Part shown: positions 11,901 through 24,990 of the stretch, one piece after another
How positions within the stretch are numbered: the stretch's first letter is position 1
Layout: the number at the start of each line of letters is the position of its first letter
Origin: Octopus sinensis
Lineage: Eukaryota
Reading direction: 5' to 3'
NCBI RefSeq assembly: GCF_006345805.1
Contig: NC_043000.1
Span: forward strand, 83,762,001 to 83,826,000
DNA: 64,000 nt
Program-made: the position numbers and the translations under genes
The notes under the pieces: generated by a model
Told to the model about the DNA's origin: nothing
Database searches by the model: none
The model's input: the letters and a program-made list of their open reading frames with translations, nothing else

Positions 11901-13112
11901 CTGAAAAGTAAAACAAGAAAAGCAGTACATGAATTTCATTTGCTTTTCATACAGAATAAAATCAAAATTATGAATTATTTCATTGTTGAAATCATCAAGC
12001 TGCTAGAAATAGACTCACAAGAATAGGATTGCTTTAACTAGTAAAGACCTCTGTATCACTCTACACCATCTTTTCTCTTTTATCTTTTACTTGTGTCAGT
12101 CATTAAACTGTAGCTATGCTGGAGCACTGCTTTGAAGAATTTTTGTAAAACAAATTACCTACAGTACTTATTATTTTTTGTAAAGCTTGGTACGTATCCT
12201 ATCAGTCTCTTTTGCCAAATTGCTAAGTTATGAGGATGTAAGCACATTAACACCTTTTGTCAAGTGGTGGTGGTGGGGGACAAACATAGACACAAAGACA
12301 GACAGACATACACATACATATAAACGATGGGCTTTTTTCAGTTTCCATATACCAAATCCACTTACAAGGCTTTGGTTGGCCTGAAGCTATAGTAGAAGAC
12401 ATTTGCCCAAGGTGCTATGCAGTGGGACTGAACCTGGGACAATGTGGTTGGGAAGAATGTCAGGGTATTTGGTTTTTGTTTGTTGACAATAAGACCATAA
12501 AGAGCCATCAAAAGAGGACTTATACCAGATTGTGAAGTGGGCACTAACATAAGTAATGGAATAATCCAAGAAATTTTAATTCAAATTAGATCTGTAATGA
12601 GAAGAGCAACTTCATCATCATCATCATCATCATCGTTTAACGTCCGTTTTCCGCGCTAGCACGGGTTGGACGGTTTCGACCGGGTCTGGGGAGCTAGGGA
12701 GCCCCCAGGCTCCAGTCTAGTCTGGCAGTGTTTCTACAGCTGGATGCCCTTCCTAACGCCAACCACTCCGCGAGTGTAGTGGGTGTTTTTTTACGTGCCA
12801 CCTGCACAGGTGCCAGAGGGTCTGGCATCGGCCACGTTCGGATGGTGCTTTTTGTGGGTGGGGGGGGGTGCAGAAATATAGGGGAGCACCAGTGGGGAGG
12901 GGTGGTTCAGAGAAATGATGACAGTTTCTAGGCAAGTAGAACGTAGGATATCAAGAGAGGGGTAATGCATGGTGAAATAGCGTATTGAAGAGGGGGTTCG
13001 AAGAGTAGACACCTATAATGGTGGTGGGAGAAGCGACATCCGGTATAGATGGAGCAAAAATATAGAGATATCCCGTTATTGGGTGGTGGGGGTGGGCAAG
13101 GGCGGGTGCACC

Positions 13113-13530
13113 GGGAATATGACGGGCTGGCTTAAAAATGCTCTTAGCAAAGGAAGAGGGGGGATGGCAGACAACGTAAAAGAGGGAGAGAGAGAAGGGA
13201 AATAGTGGAACCGGCGCGAAAATGGGCCGCCATTGAAAAAAAATCCCTGTATGGAGAAATAATATGCAATACGAGGCGAAGCTGAAAATAGTAGTAGTAA
13301 TATAATAATAATATAATATAATAATAATAATAAGCAAACTGTCGACCGAGGATCAAAGGGACAATACTAATACTAATATAAAATTAATTCTGGTGAAGAA
13401 TACAAGGAGACAACCCTAAACTGAAATTATAAGTATTGGGTCATCCCATAAATAATGCAGTTTTTTCAATTCCCTTGTATGGAAATAATATGCAATACGA
13501 GGCGAAGCTGAAAATAGTAGTAATAATAAT

Positions 13531-13569
<39 letters not shown>

Positions 13570-14248
13570 GCAAACTGTAACTGTCGACCGAGGATCAAAG
13601 GGACAATACTAATACTAATAATAGTAATAATAATAAATAATAACAGCTCAACCACAACATTAGATTAGAAAGACTCTCTTATCTTGGGAACTTTCGTTCT
13701 TCGCCCTGACACGGGAATATGACGGGCTGGCTTAAAAATGCTCTTAGCAAAGGAAGAGGGGGGATGGCAGACAACGTAAAAGAGGGAGAGAGAGAAGGGA
13801 ATAGTGGAACCCCGCGAAAATGGGCCGCCATTGAAAAAAACCCCTGTATGGAGAAATAATATGCAATACGAGGCGAGCTGAAAATAGTAGTAATAATATA
13901 ATAATATATAATAATAATAATAATAATAATAAGCAACTGTCGACCGAGGATCAAAGGGACAATACTAATACTAATAATAATAGTAATAATAATAAATAAT
14001 AAACAGCTCAACCACAACATTAGATTAGAAAGACTCTCTTATCTGGGAACATTTCGTTCTTCGGCCTGACACGGGAATATGACGGGCTGGCTTAAAAATG
14101 CTCTTAGCAAAGGAAGAGGGGGGATGGCAGCAAACGTAAAAGAGGGAGAGAGAGAAGGGAAATAGTGGAACCCCGCGAAAATGGGCGCCATTGAAAAAAA
14201 CCCCTGTATGGAAATAATATGCAATACGAGGCGAAGCTGAAAATAGTA

Positions 14249-14286
<38 letters not shown>

Positions 14287-14618
14287 TAATAATAATAAGC
14301 AAACTGTCGACCGAGATCAAAGGGACAATACTAATACTCTAATATAGTAATAATAATAATATAATAAAACAGCAACAACCACAACATTAATTAAAGACTC
14401 TCTTATCTTGGGAACATTTTGTTCTTCGGCCTGACAACGGGAATATGACGGGCTGGCTTAAAAATGCTCTTAGCAAGGAAGAGGGGGATGGCAGACAACG
14501 TAAAAAGGGAGAGAGAGAGAAGGGAATAGTGGAACCCCGCGAAAATGGGCCGCCATTGAAAAAAATCCCTGTATGGAGAAATAATATGCAATACGAGGCG
14601 AAGCTGAAAATAGTAGTA

Positions 14619-14658
<40 letters not shown>

Positions 14659-14800
14659 GCAAACTGTCGACCGAGGATCAAAGGGACAATACTAATACTA
14701 ATATAAAAATTAATTCTGGTGAAGAAATACAAGGGAGACAACCCTAGAACTGAAATTATAAGTATTGGGTCATCCCATAAATAATGCAGTTTTTTCAATT
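13113..14800. repeat. Tandem array of a ~360-bp CpG-rich unit with internal (AAT)n, about 4.5 copies
   Basis: cgggaatatgacgggctggcttaaaaatgctcttagc starts at 13113, 13712, 14072 and 14438. Copies are near-identical and differ mostly by 1-nt indels. Confidence 0.92.
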
Positions 14801-15966
14801 GCATGAACTAAAAGTAGAAGGGGGACAGGATAAACTACCTGCATCAACTTGCTATAAAAGCAGGTAGTAATTTTACCTTGTACTTATTTTTAGTGCAAGT
14901 TTTGACGAGTGCAGTTCACTTTTAACAATTATTTTTTCAAAGCTATAATGGAAGTGACAAAGGAGCATATTCAGCATATTTTGCTTTATGAGTTCAATAA
15001 AGGCAACAGTGCAATGGAAAGTGCAAGGAATATTAATGCAGTATAAGGAGATTGGACAATAAGCGTAAGCCAGTGTCAATGGTGATTCTAGAAATTCTGA
15101 GCCAGTAACTACAGCCTAGAAGAGCCATGTCATGGAAGATCTGTAGAGCTTGACAAGAATGTCCTGCAAATCCAGGTGGAACTAGCAGAGAAGCTTGACT
15201 TTGGTCATTGAACCATTCATCGACACCTGCATGCCATCAGAAAAGTCAGCAAATTTGGTCAATCAGTTCTTCACAAACTTTCTGAATCTAATCACGCACA
15301 GAGAGTGAATGTGTGCTCTTCGTTGCTGTCACATCTCACAAATGATCCTTTCTTGGACTGAATAGTGGCTGGTGATGAGAAATGCGTTCTCTGTAAGAAT
15401 GTCAAGTGCCAAAGACAGTGGGTAGGGAAAGAAGAAACAGTGGCACCCCAGGCTAAAGATAACAACATCCACATAAGGTGTTGTTATCTGTTTGGTGGGA
15501 AATGAAAGGCTTAGTCCACTTTGAATTTTTAAATCCAACCCAAACAATAACAAAGGAGATCTATGGTGCGGAACTTGAGTGGTGAGTCAGTGCTAGAATA
15601 GTGAGTCAACACTAGAAGAAAAGCAACCATCTTTGGTTTCAAGACAAAAGGTGTTCTTCCATCAGGATAATGCTAGGCCATATACAGTGAGGATAACATT
15701 TCAAAGGCTGGAGCAGCTGATTTATTTCGCAGTCTTCAAAATCATTTGGACGGAAAAAAATATGAATTCTGTAGACAAGGTCAGAACAGTACTGGAGGAG
15801 TATTTTTCATCATGGACAAATAAATTTTGGAAGTCTACCAGACGGATGGAAGAGCATTGTAGAAAATGAAAGAGAGTACATTTTAGATTAAAAAAGAACT
15901 TTGTTATCTTAATTTTGAAAAATAAAAGAAGTATAAAAAAACTGCGTTATTTATGGGATGACCCAA
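14765..15966 (+). mobile_element. Mariner DNA transposon with decayed transposase
   Basis: TIRs ttgggtcatcccataaataatgcagtttttt / aaaaaactgcgttatttatgggatgacccaa flanked by TA. Transposase remnants IVAGDEKC, VLLSVWW and FHQDNARPYT, with stops and deletions. Confidence 0.9.
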
Positions 15967-16220
15967 TAATTAAAAACCCGGATTAGTGGAGAGTGATTAT
16001 AAGTGTAGGGAATAAATGACATCTCCAAACATATTGCAGTTATATCAAACTCCATCAGTGAAATATAAACTGTTACTGTAGATCTTAGAATGACTGGAGA
16101 TAATATAGGATAATATAGAACACTGAGTAGCAAGATAATGTAAGAGTATAATTGGAGTTAAAATACCCAGTGACATCTGCTGCAAGAAAAACAAATAGTA
16201 AAATACAGTGACTAACTTAC

Positions 16221-16362
16221 CATCCACTTTGAAAACCATGTTGCTTTATAGTCAAACAAAGCAAATAAATGCAAAGCTTCTAATGATGTTTGGCTACTGG
16301 CATTGCTGGTCTTGCTGCAACAAATTAACTTGAGGCTACTTTCTAAGACTTCAGTGAGAAAT
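16221..16362 (-). CDS. TBC1D32: TBC1D32 coding exon, FLTEVLESSLKLICCSKTSNASSQTSLEALHLFALFDYKATWFSKWM, phase 2 to 0
   Basis: Acceptor tctttctttgttttgtag, donor gtaagt, 142 nt. FALFDYKATWFSKWM corresponds to recalled human FALVDTKAVWFKKWM. Confidence 0.94.
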
Positions 16363-16465
16363 CTACAAAACAAAGAAAGAATTAAAATATGAGTAAAAAA
16401 GGAACAGGCAAAACTGAGTTGTTAAGGAGCTTTCTTCCCAACCATGTGGTCTTGGGTTTGTTAAT

Positions 16466-17167
16466 TGACAACCTTGGCCTCATATACCACTTCACTGGTT
16501 ATCACTTTTCACCAGAATTCCTGATGTTGCAAACATTCAGACCAGATTTTCTGGTTCTCTTTGCATCCACACTTTTCTTGTAGGTCTTCTGGTTGGATGC
16601 AGGCTACAGTACTCTCACCAGTCTGAGTCTACCAAATCAATTCACAAGGCTAACTCAAGTGTAGTGTGAGGACTTGGTAGACAGAAACAGAAAAAGACCC
16701 CCTTGTATATGTGTGTGTGTTAGTTTGTTTCCTACCATAACTTGACAATTGGTGCGGATTATTTATGCCCCCATAATTGCGTGGATTGGCTAGAGAGACT
16801 GACAGAGTAAGTACCAGGTTTAAAAATATGTGCTGGGGTTGGTTTGTGCAACTTAACACTTCAAGGCAGTGGCCCAGTATGGTTGTATGCCAATGAGTGA
16901 GATAAGTAAAAGACAAAAGATAAAAGACAAAGAGGAAATGCAAAATAAAAGCAATTTCCCACGTTGTATTTTAATCAGAGAAGGTTATGCAATGCCCATA
17001 ACTTACTCAGACTGGTGAGAGTGCTATAGCCAGCATCCACCCAGAGGTCCTACAAGAAAAATAAGGATGTGAAGAGAACCAGGAGATCTGGTTTGAATGT
17101 TTGCAACATCAGGAATTTTGTTAACAAGTGATAACCACTCAAGTGGTATGTTAGGCCAAGGTTGTCA
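16466..17167. repeat. Inverted repeat pair, arms ~163 bp (16466-16628 and 17005-17167)
   Basis: tgacaaccttggcct...cctgatgttgcaaacattcagaccaga...ctctcaccagtctgagt is the reverse complement of actcagactggtgagag...tctggtttgaatgtttgcaacatcagg...aggccaaggttgtca. Confidence 0.9.
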
Positions 17168-19787
17168 TTTAATGAATGATTAGAAAAACAGAGTTGATTT
17201 TTTGAAAATATTTTTCAATCTATTTTTGTTTTCTGGCAATAATTGGATGGTTTCGTAAATTCAGATATTTACAGGAACTGATACTAGAGGTAATTTACAT
17301 ATTGGTCATGGTGGAGAGGTAATTTACAAATTGATAGTGATATAGAAGTAATTTACATATTGGTAGTGAGATAGATGTAATTTGCATATTGATAGTGGTG
17401 CTGGGGGAATCTACATATTGGTACTCTCCTTAATGCTGTTCATTATACTAAAGTAAATGAAATATCAGAAGATATTCCCTTCTGGCAGCCAACTTGCTGG
17501 CATCATCAGTGAAGTGGGCGTTACCATAGTGATAGTAGAGAAGTGGGAGTTATCATAGGGAATGGAGTGAAATGGGTGTTACCATAGTGATAGTAGTGAC
17601 AGACATGGGAGTCACTATAGTGAATGCAGTGAGCCAAGAAGTTTTAATCAATTCAAACTAAATTTCTATTGACAATAAAAAAAAAATTATCTTAATGATT
17701 AATTTTGATGAAGAAAGTCAAGAGAAACAGTCAGAATTGAAATCAATAAAAAAAAAAAAAAAATTGAAGGTAGTGGAAAGTTGAATTTAATACTTGGTAG
17801 TAAGAGGGCAACTTTGGAAATATTTCAATCTTACAAGACCTCATCACCATAGAATTTTCAGCTGTTACTGAAGATCTTAGAATGATTACAGAGAATGCAG
17901 GATTCTAGTGAAAACACACTAAGTAGGTAATAACTAAAAAGAAAAACAAAATGACTGGACGGTTGTTTACATCATTAGTTTAGCTTATTCAGTGTAAAAA
18001 TAATTAGATATCCACTGCATTCATATAAATCAAGGGGCTCTCTGATCTCATTGATTTTTTATTGCTAATCATTTCATAAGGTTGTCTAACATCATCAAGT
18101 GGTGTAATGTTCAGTTTCAATTTGTTAGTAAGTGGGCTCATTATTGTGGCCACTTCATGAGGTCAACACTTTCACTAACTAATTAGAATTAGTTGGTGAG
18201 GTATCAACATTGTGATAGTTTCACTAATATTTATGTATGAATATGTAGGTCTGAAATTCAAACATACTAATGCGTCAAAGGGTTAAACCAAAAACCCACA
18301 CAAAACCGACATCAAAGAAAATAGTCGAAAGGCTTCTGCTGCATCAACAAACTGCTCTTGAATTCAAACATTTTAACTTGGAAATCACTATTCAGACAAA
18401 TTCAGATTATCTTACATCTCAGTACATCTATATTTGTTTATTTTCACTTAGCTTTGTTATCTTGCTTTTAATTCATGCCAGCTTAGCTCAGCATTTTGAT
18501 ATTAAATATCCAAAGTTATACAGGTATTCAACAATAATTCCATAAGTGTGCAATGTAGCCAGAAGCAAGGAAGATAGTAACTGGTAATGTAAACATAAAA
18601 CCACTACAGATTTGTTATATTTTGACACATAACAGATTCAATACATAACAATAAGCCAACAGATGAAATTAGATAACGGTTGTTTGAAACAGAATTTTAA
18701 ATTAGAAGCTCGTTTAAATTAGAAAGTGCTATGAACTGTAAGTATGATGAAGTTTCAGTTGTAAGAGAGACAGGTGAGAAATGTAACATGGCGATAAGCC
18801 AGAAAATAAATAGTGAATAACAATATTAAATGTGGTAACGAAAGTAATAAGTTGAATCAAACATGTTCCCAAGTGAGAAAGAGTGTAGACAAAACATGAT
18901 TTGGAAAGAAAAAGATAAAGTAAAAACAAAAGACAGAATATTTTTCGCCACACAAGCAATATAATGAACATCACACACACACACACACACACACATTCAC
19001 ACACACATCTGTTATATGCAACAAAAGCAGTATGAAATTATAATAGACTTCTGTGTACCATACTGAATGTAAATACATCATGAAAAAACAAATTTACTGC
19101 TGTATTTATCAAGAGCTAATATCTCTTATGAATATGCTGTGTTTAAAAATACAATATATATCAGAAGCAGACAAAATTATCCTGCAGCTAGTGAGAATGC
19201 TTGGTGTGCATTTCTGCCACCATGGGCATTGTCAATAGCATGCACTCACTGCCCCCCATCACTGACACACATCTATTTCCTTTACTCCCTCTCCCTCAAA
19301 TTGATATTCATTGTGTCCACTTCAATCCTCATCTCCAATCATCTTGTCACAATCTTTTCAAATTGTAGTGCATTTACCTACCCACCCACTTTTTCTCTTC
19401 CCACTATTTTCTCCTTCATACTGACCTTGTACCTTGAAAGTATGCCCTCACCATCTACCTCACTTTCCAGCTTTCCATACATTCACCATTTCAACAAGAC
19501 CTGTTCCCATCCCTCAGTCATACTTTCACATCCCTCAACACTATACCCCACTTAGTTTAGAGAGCTTCTCTTGTAGTACTTGGTGACCTTAATAATGCTG
19601 GTGCCATAGTAAAAGCATCTGACATACTCTCTTATGTTGTTGGCATTAGGAAGGACAGCCTTCAGTAAAAACCATGCCAGAGCAGATACTGGAGCTCAGC
19701 ATAGCCTGCTGACTCTTTGGTTCCTGTTGAACTGTCTAATCCATCCCAGCACAAAAAAAGATGTTAAATGATGATGGTGACTGACTG

Positions 19788-19921
19788 ACATACATACATA
19801 CATACAAATATACATACATACATGCATGCATGCATACATACATACATACATACTACATACATACATACATACAAATATACATACATACATGCATGCATGC
19901 ATGCATACATACATACATACA

Positions 19922-19951
<30 letters not shown>
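19788..19951. repeat. (TACA)n/(TGCA)n microsatellite
   Basis: Directly visible. It explains the MYVC and HTYI ORFs. Confidence 0.95.
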
Positions 19952-19955
<4 letters not shown>

Positions 19956-20319
19956 AGTTGTGTCTTGGGAGGGTCATTTGGTCTATAAGAAATGTACACA
20001 CTCTCTTCTTTTAATTATTATTAGTCAACTAGTAAACCAATTAACTACTTGATTGCTTGATTGATCATTTGATCTGGAGTAACTACTATGTCATATAATT
20101 GATGTAGTTGTGAATGGTGATGAAAGCTCTCTAAGAAATTGGTTGGTTGAGTGATTGATCAAACAATTAATCAAGCAAGTGAATAGTCAATTGATTAACT
20201 AGCTAACAAATAATAATCCTTTCTGTGGATTCCCAGTTCATGCACTGACTCTGACATACACACAAACAAACACACGCACAAGCACACACACACACACACA
20301 CGCACACACACAAACTTGT

Positions 20320-22330
20320 GGAAGGCTTTAAAATTCATTTTCATATTTTAAGAGAGAATCTGAGTTTATTTTCGATCTCTAAGAATGTTATTTGAGGAGG
20401 AATTTCTCACTGACATTAAGCTGCTTAAGTGATTGGAGATCTTTATTCCTCAGCTCATAAAGAGCTCTTCTGTCTTGAGGAATGATGTTTTTGTATGTAG
20501 GCTCTCTTGCCTGTGACAAATTTAATGTATAGGGCTCACATCATTGACATAAATTCTTTAAATTTCATATCAATGTCTTGCATAGAGACTTTTTTGCCAA
20601 TTTTGCTGAAGTATCTATTTTTCAATTGATTCTCGGTCAGCCTTCTAAAACTTCAGATTTGATAGGGGTTAGGTGGCATCTGTGTGGAATATATCATTAT
20701 TTAGTTCTGGACCATGCATCGTTGGTTGTATTATGTTTTGGTCTGAGAAGATTGTTGGCGATATCTTCAAATTGTGGAAAGTTCTACATTGTTGGTGAAG
20801 TAGAGGTCCAATATCTTATTGTTTGTGGTTGGGGAGAGTATGGTTTGTGCTATGAACAGCATTGCATGGAATCAAGTAGAGTTATTGCTTGATTGTGCTC
20901 TTTGAGTGTCATTCCTGAGATTAAGTTGCCTTTTGGCCCTCTGATGTTGGGGAAGTCGCAATCACCCATCAGAAGTACATTAACACATTCATCTAGTTTT
21001 GTTCTTCAAGGCTAGATGAATGTGTTTTGCTCCTCAAATTTACCATTGTGATTTGCACAGTGTATCACCCATGGAGTGGGTGATACACTGTGCATATTAC
21101 TATATCAAATTGCTTTGAATGCACTATGAGTGTGTCACAGACTGAATTTGAATGTGATAACAGGGTTAGTAGTATCACATCTTCATGGATTTACAATGCA
21201 ACTCTGCTATGACTTCATTTTCTTCTCTGTGCACAGAATGCAGCATACATTGGTACATGTATCTCTACATCATTTATATCTGCAGACAGATATATCTCCC
21301 TAAGTGCAATGCATATATCTTGATTGCATGCAAAAAGATCCCTCAGGTATGCAATTTTGCACTTGCTGTTGTTTTGTTGTTTGATCAGAAGAATAGGTGT
21401 GATGGTTGGCTTTGCAGCAATGGTAGACATCCTAGGTTTATTATCTATGGCAGTATTGTGTTTGGGTGTGCACAGCTTAGCTTTGTTTGCAACCATGCCA
21501 GCTGCTGCACCATCTTTTGTGCCACACTTAAAAAAAATTCTGCTGTTCTATGGTTGCAGCTTGCACTGAAGCTGCATACAGTTTTTTAGTGGGTTTCTTC
21601 ACTGCAAGTCTGTATTGGGATACAAGTTCATCTGTGCATGGTTTTACCCTATCTTGTTGGATAAGGGGAGAGTGCTTTTTGCCTTGGGTTCTGTTCTGTC
21701 TGAACTTTCGATGTGCAAAGTGGAATTTCATCTCTATCTCTCCATTCCAGCAGACAACTTTTAGATGGTATTTACAGATGTCATGTACTTCTTGTAGCAT
21801 TTTGTTTCTTTTGCTGTTTCTTTCTGTGGTTTTTCTTTGGCTCTGAACTCTGTTCCATTAAGCTTTTGGTTGGTTCCTTTACCTTCTCTGCTACTTTGAG
21901 AGGTGGAGTTGGGGGCTATCTTTTTTAAAGAGCTCTCATTTTCCTTCTTTTGTCAATTTCTTCATCTCTGTGAACATAAATATCCTCATTAATGGCTGCC
22001 TTGTTGTTACTTTCGTTATTGAGCTTTCCACATGTGGTTTCAACATTGGTAATGTTCTCTGTGTCAGGTGTTTCACTTGGAGATTCACCATTTTTAAAAA
22101 TGGTATCCAGTTAATCCAATTGTGCCCTGATGAGTGCATAGGAGCAAATAAATTCATTTTTTTTCTGCCCTATTTGCACCATGGAGCTGACAAATCTGTT
22201 GCTTTTCAGGGCTGCTACAATAAGGTTGTTGGGTGAATCATATTTGGCAATCCACCCCAGCTCTGCGAAACAATTCTATCTCAGTAGTCTTCCAGTTTCT
22301 TGACATCGTCACTACCCTATTTACCTCCTC
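20320..22330 (-). mobile_element. Decayed CR1/L2-like LINE, 5' part (ORF1 plus APE endonuclease)
   Basis: Minus-strand remnants: APE-like VLLMGDCDFPNI and ILDLYFTNN, and a Cys/His ORF1-like segment ICKYHLKVVC. Many stops. Confidence 0.6.
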
Positions 22331-23129
22331 CTCTGTGATGTGTGGATATATATGGGTGATTTGTTTATGGGTGCAGAAAGTGAAATGAGAGAGCAAGTGA
22401 GAGTGAGAGAGAGAATGATGGGAATATTAGGAGTGGGAGGGGGAGAGTAAGTTGAGACAGAAAGGAGAGCAGGGGCAAAAGAGGAGAGAAAATGAAGGGA
22501 GAGAGAAGGGAGCAAGTGGAGGGTGAAAGAAGGGAGCCGGTGGAGGTTGAGGGAGGAGTGAAAGTGAAGGGTGAAAAAGGTGAGCAAATGAATATGTGAG
22601 GGGAAAGAGAGGTAGGAATGTAAGTTGAGACAGAGAGAAGAGTAAATGGAATGGGGAGGGTGGAAGGGAGAGGAAGGTAAATGGGGAAGGAATGGAGTGC
22701 ATGAAGGGTTAGGGTGAATAGGCTGAGAGAGAGGAGAGAGAGAAAGAAGTGAAGAATGAGTACAAAGCAATCCTGTTGGAAGGATAAATATATGGAAGGA
22801 TAAATATATGTCTATATGTACAAGAGGAAGTCAAACATTATCTGCACTTTCATCATAACATATCTTTATCTATTGTCACACTGCCTTCTGTGCATGTGTG
22901 CTTATAGTTGGTACTAATGTGGTCACATGGTCGAAGTTTGAGTCTGATCACATCATTTTTCTTTCTGGCTATATAGTATAAGTATGGCCACTCCACTAGC
23001 AATGCGTACCAAAGAATAACAAAGAGTAGTGATCTGATTTCTCTGGAAAAGAGGTGTATAATCAACAATGCAAGATACAGCGCTTTGCTGGCCAATAAAC
23101 TGAAGTAAGCAATTCACACCAAACCTCAA

Positions 23130-24990
23130 AGGCTATTGTTGAAGAAAGTTTTGTTGTATGACAATGCACGCCCACACACAGCTAACCAGACTGTTGAAAC
23201 CATTAACAAATTGGGTTTTGAGGGGCTGGAACACCTTGTCTACAGCCCAGATCTCACTCCTTCCAACTATCATATCTTTAGACCACTCTAAGATTGTTAT
23301 TGAGGTCATCAATTTCCTGTTGTTCTTAGTCTTCATAAATGACTTGCCCGACGACCTCACGCAACACACCCTTCTATTTGCCGACGATATCAAACTGGTC
23401 GCTCCTCGCGGTAGTATAGAGGATCTTCGTCGATGCCTCCACCAAATTTGGAAGTGGTCTAACGATTGGGACCTGTGTCTGAACATGTCAAAGTGCTGTC
23501 ATCTGCCTGTCGGCTCTACTCCTGCAACTCAACTTGATTTCGAGCCGGGTCGTCTGCTGCTGGAGAGGACCGATCAGGTAAAGGACCTGGGTATCTTGGT
23601 GGATTCCTCCTTTTCGCCTTCGGCCCAGTGCGTCCATGCTGCCAACAAAGCGCGCGGAATTCTGTTTTTGATTTGACGGTCATTCGGAATGCTCACAGCA
23701 GCCATATTCCTGCCACTCTATGTCATGCTGGTGAGACCCATATTGGAGTATGGGATTCAAGCCTCTTCTCCTTATCTCCTCAAAGACATACAGCACCTCG
23801 AAAGAGTCCAGAGGCTGGCTACCCGCATGGTTCATGGTCTCAAAAATTTGTCCTACGAAGAAAGGCTGAGGACGCTCGACCTTTGTTCTCTTGAAAAACG
23901 CCGCCGCCGTGGTGATCTCATTCTCGCCCACAACATCATAAGCGGGAAGTGTAACCTCTCGAAAGAGCTGTTCTTCACTCCTGCTCCGGAGCGTCGGCTG
24001 CGGGGTCATTCCGAAAAGCTCTACCTGCGACGATTTCATCTCAATCGAAGGAGAGGAGCTTTCTCCGTCCGGGTTGCGGATCCGTGGAACAAGCTGCCAG
24101 ACGAGATGGTGAAGATGCCGATGACCGCTTTGTTCAAAGCCTCCCTGGACCTCAAGTGGCCTGAACTCTTTACATGAACACCACCCTGTACTTAACTCCA
24201 TGTCCCCCTACATGGCCTTGCTATTTGCTTTTGAGCCAAATTAACTAACTAACTAACTAACTATGGATGAAGATGTGAAAGAAGCAATGCATAAATAGTT
24301 GTACAACTAACTGAAAACCTTTGTAGTGATATAATAGTCAGTACAAGGTGTTGATGTGGCTGCATGTATATTATTACAAGAGTTCATATAGAGATGAAAG
24401 ATCAATTCAAGAACTTATATATTTACTACATAAAAATATATTTTATTTACTGGCCGATGATGATACATAATCAAAATGTAGAATCTTGTTGAATGAAGTA
24501 ATCTATACAAGAAAGTCCAGAGACAGAAAATGTAGAAATAACAGCTAAGTAGTGATTTTCAGTCATGTGGCATAGAGAAATAGACAGACATAGCAATGAC
24601 ATGAATGGCACTAAGTCTAATTGACTAAGAAGCGAAGAGCAGGGTTAGCAAGCTGTTTTTATTAATGGAACACTAGACATTCTAGAAACCTCCAAGAGAA
24701 ATGCTAAGCTTCTTGAATAATTAAGAATCCCTTCTCATGACACAGATTCTTCGAGAAATTTAGTAAAGGGAGTTTACTCTATAATCTTTCTTGCAAGGGA
24801 GATCATTCAACTATTTAGCAATATAGACCACTACACCTGCTTGGAGAGAATATACAAGCTTGTGGACCACTGGATCAAATGCATCAAAAAAGAAGGAGAC
24901 TATACAGAAAAAATGCTGTATTTGTTAATCTCCTGCTTTTGTGTAGATACATTGAAAAAGCAAGAGTGTGTATAATTTTTGCCTTTCCCT
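23130..24990 (+). mobile_element. Decayed mariner transposase split by insertions
   Basis: YDNARPHTA...EHLVYSPDLTPSNYHIFRPL...GHQF up to ~23315, resuming DEDVKEAMH at 24266 and IYKLVDHWIKCIKKEGDY at ~24850. Confidence 0.75.
23316..24262 (+). mobile_element. Young 5'-truncated CR1-clade LINE (RT C-terminal part, 3' UTR, (TAAC)n tail)
   Basis: LLFLVFINDLP...LLFADDIKL...VKDLGILVD...LVRPILEY...LERVQRLATRMV...FSVRVADPWNKLP. One internal TGA at 23674, natural stop at 24177, tandem TAAC tail. Confidence 0.92.

Noticed and set aside
23158-23676. 172-aa ORF as a novel fusion protein
   Set aside because: It is a chance read-through from an off-frame mariner remnant into the inserted CR1 RT.
24449-24521. 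Hammerhead-like CTGG-CCGATGA...GAAAGTC-CAG
   Set aside because: The core is mutated, stem III is absent and stem II is unconvincing. At most it is a decayed relic.
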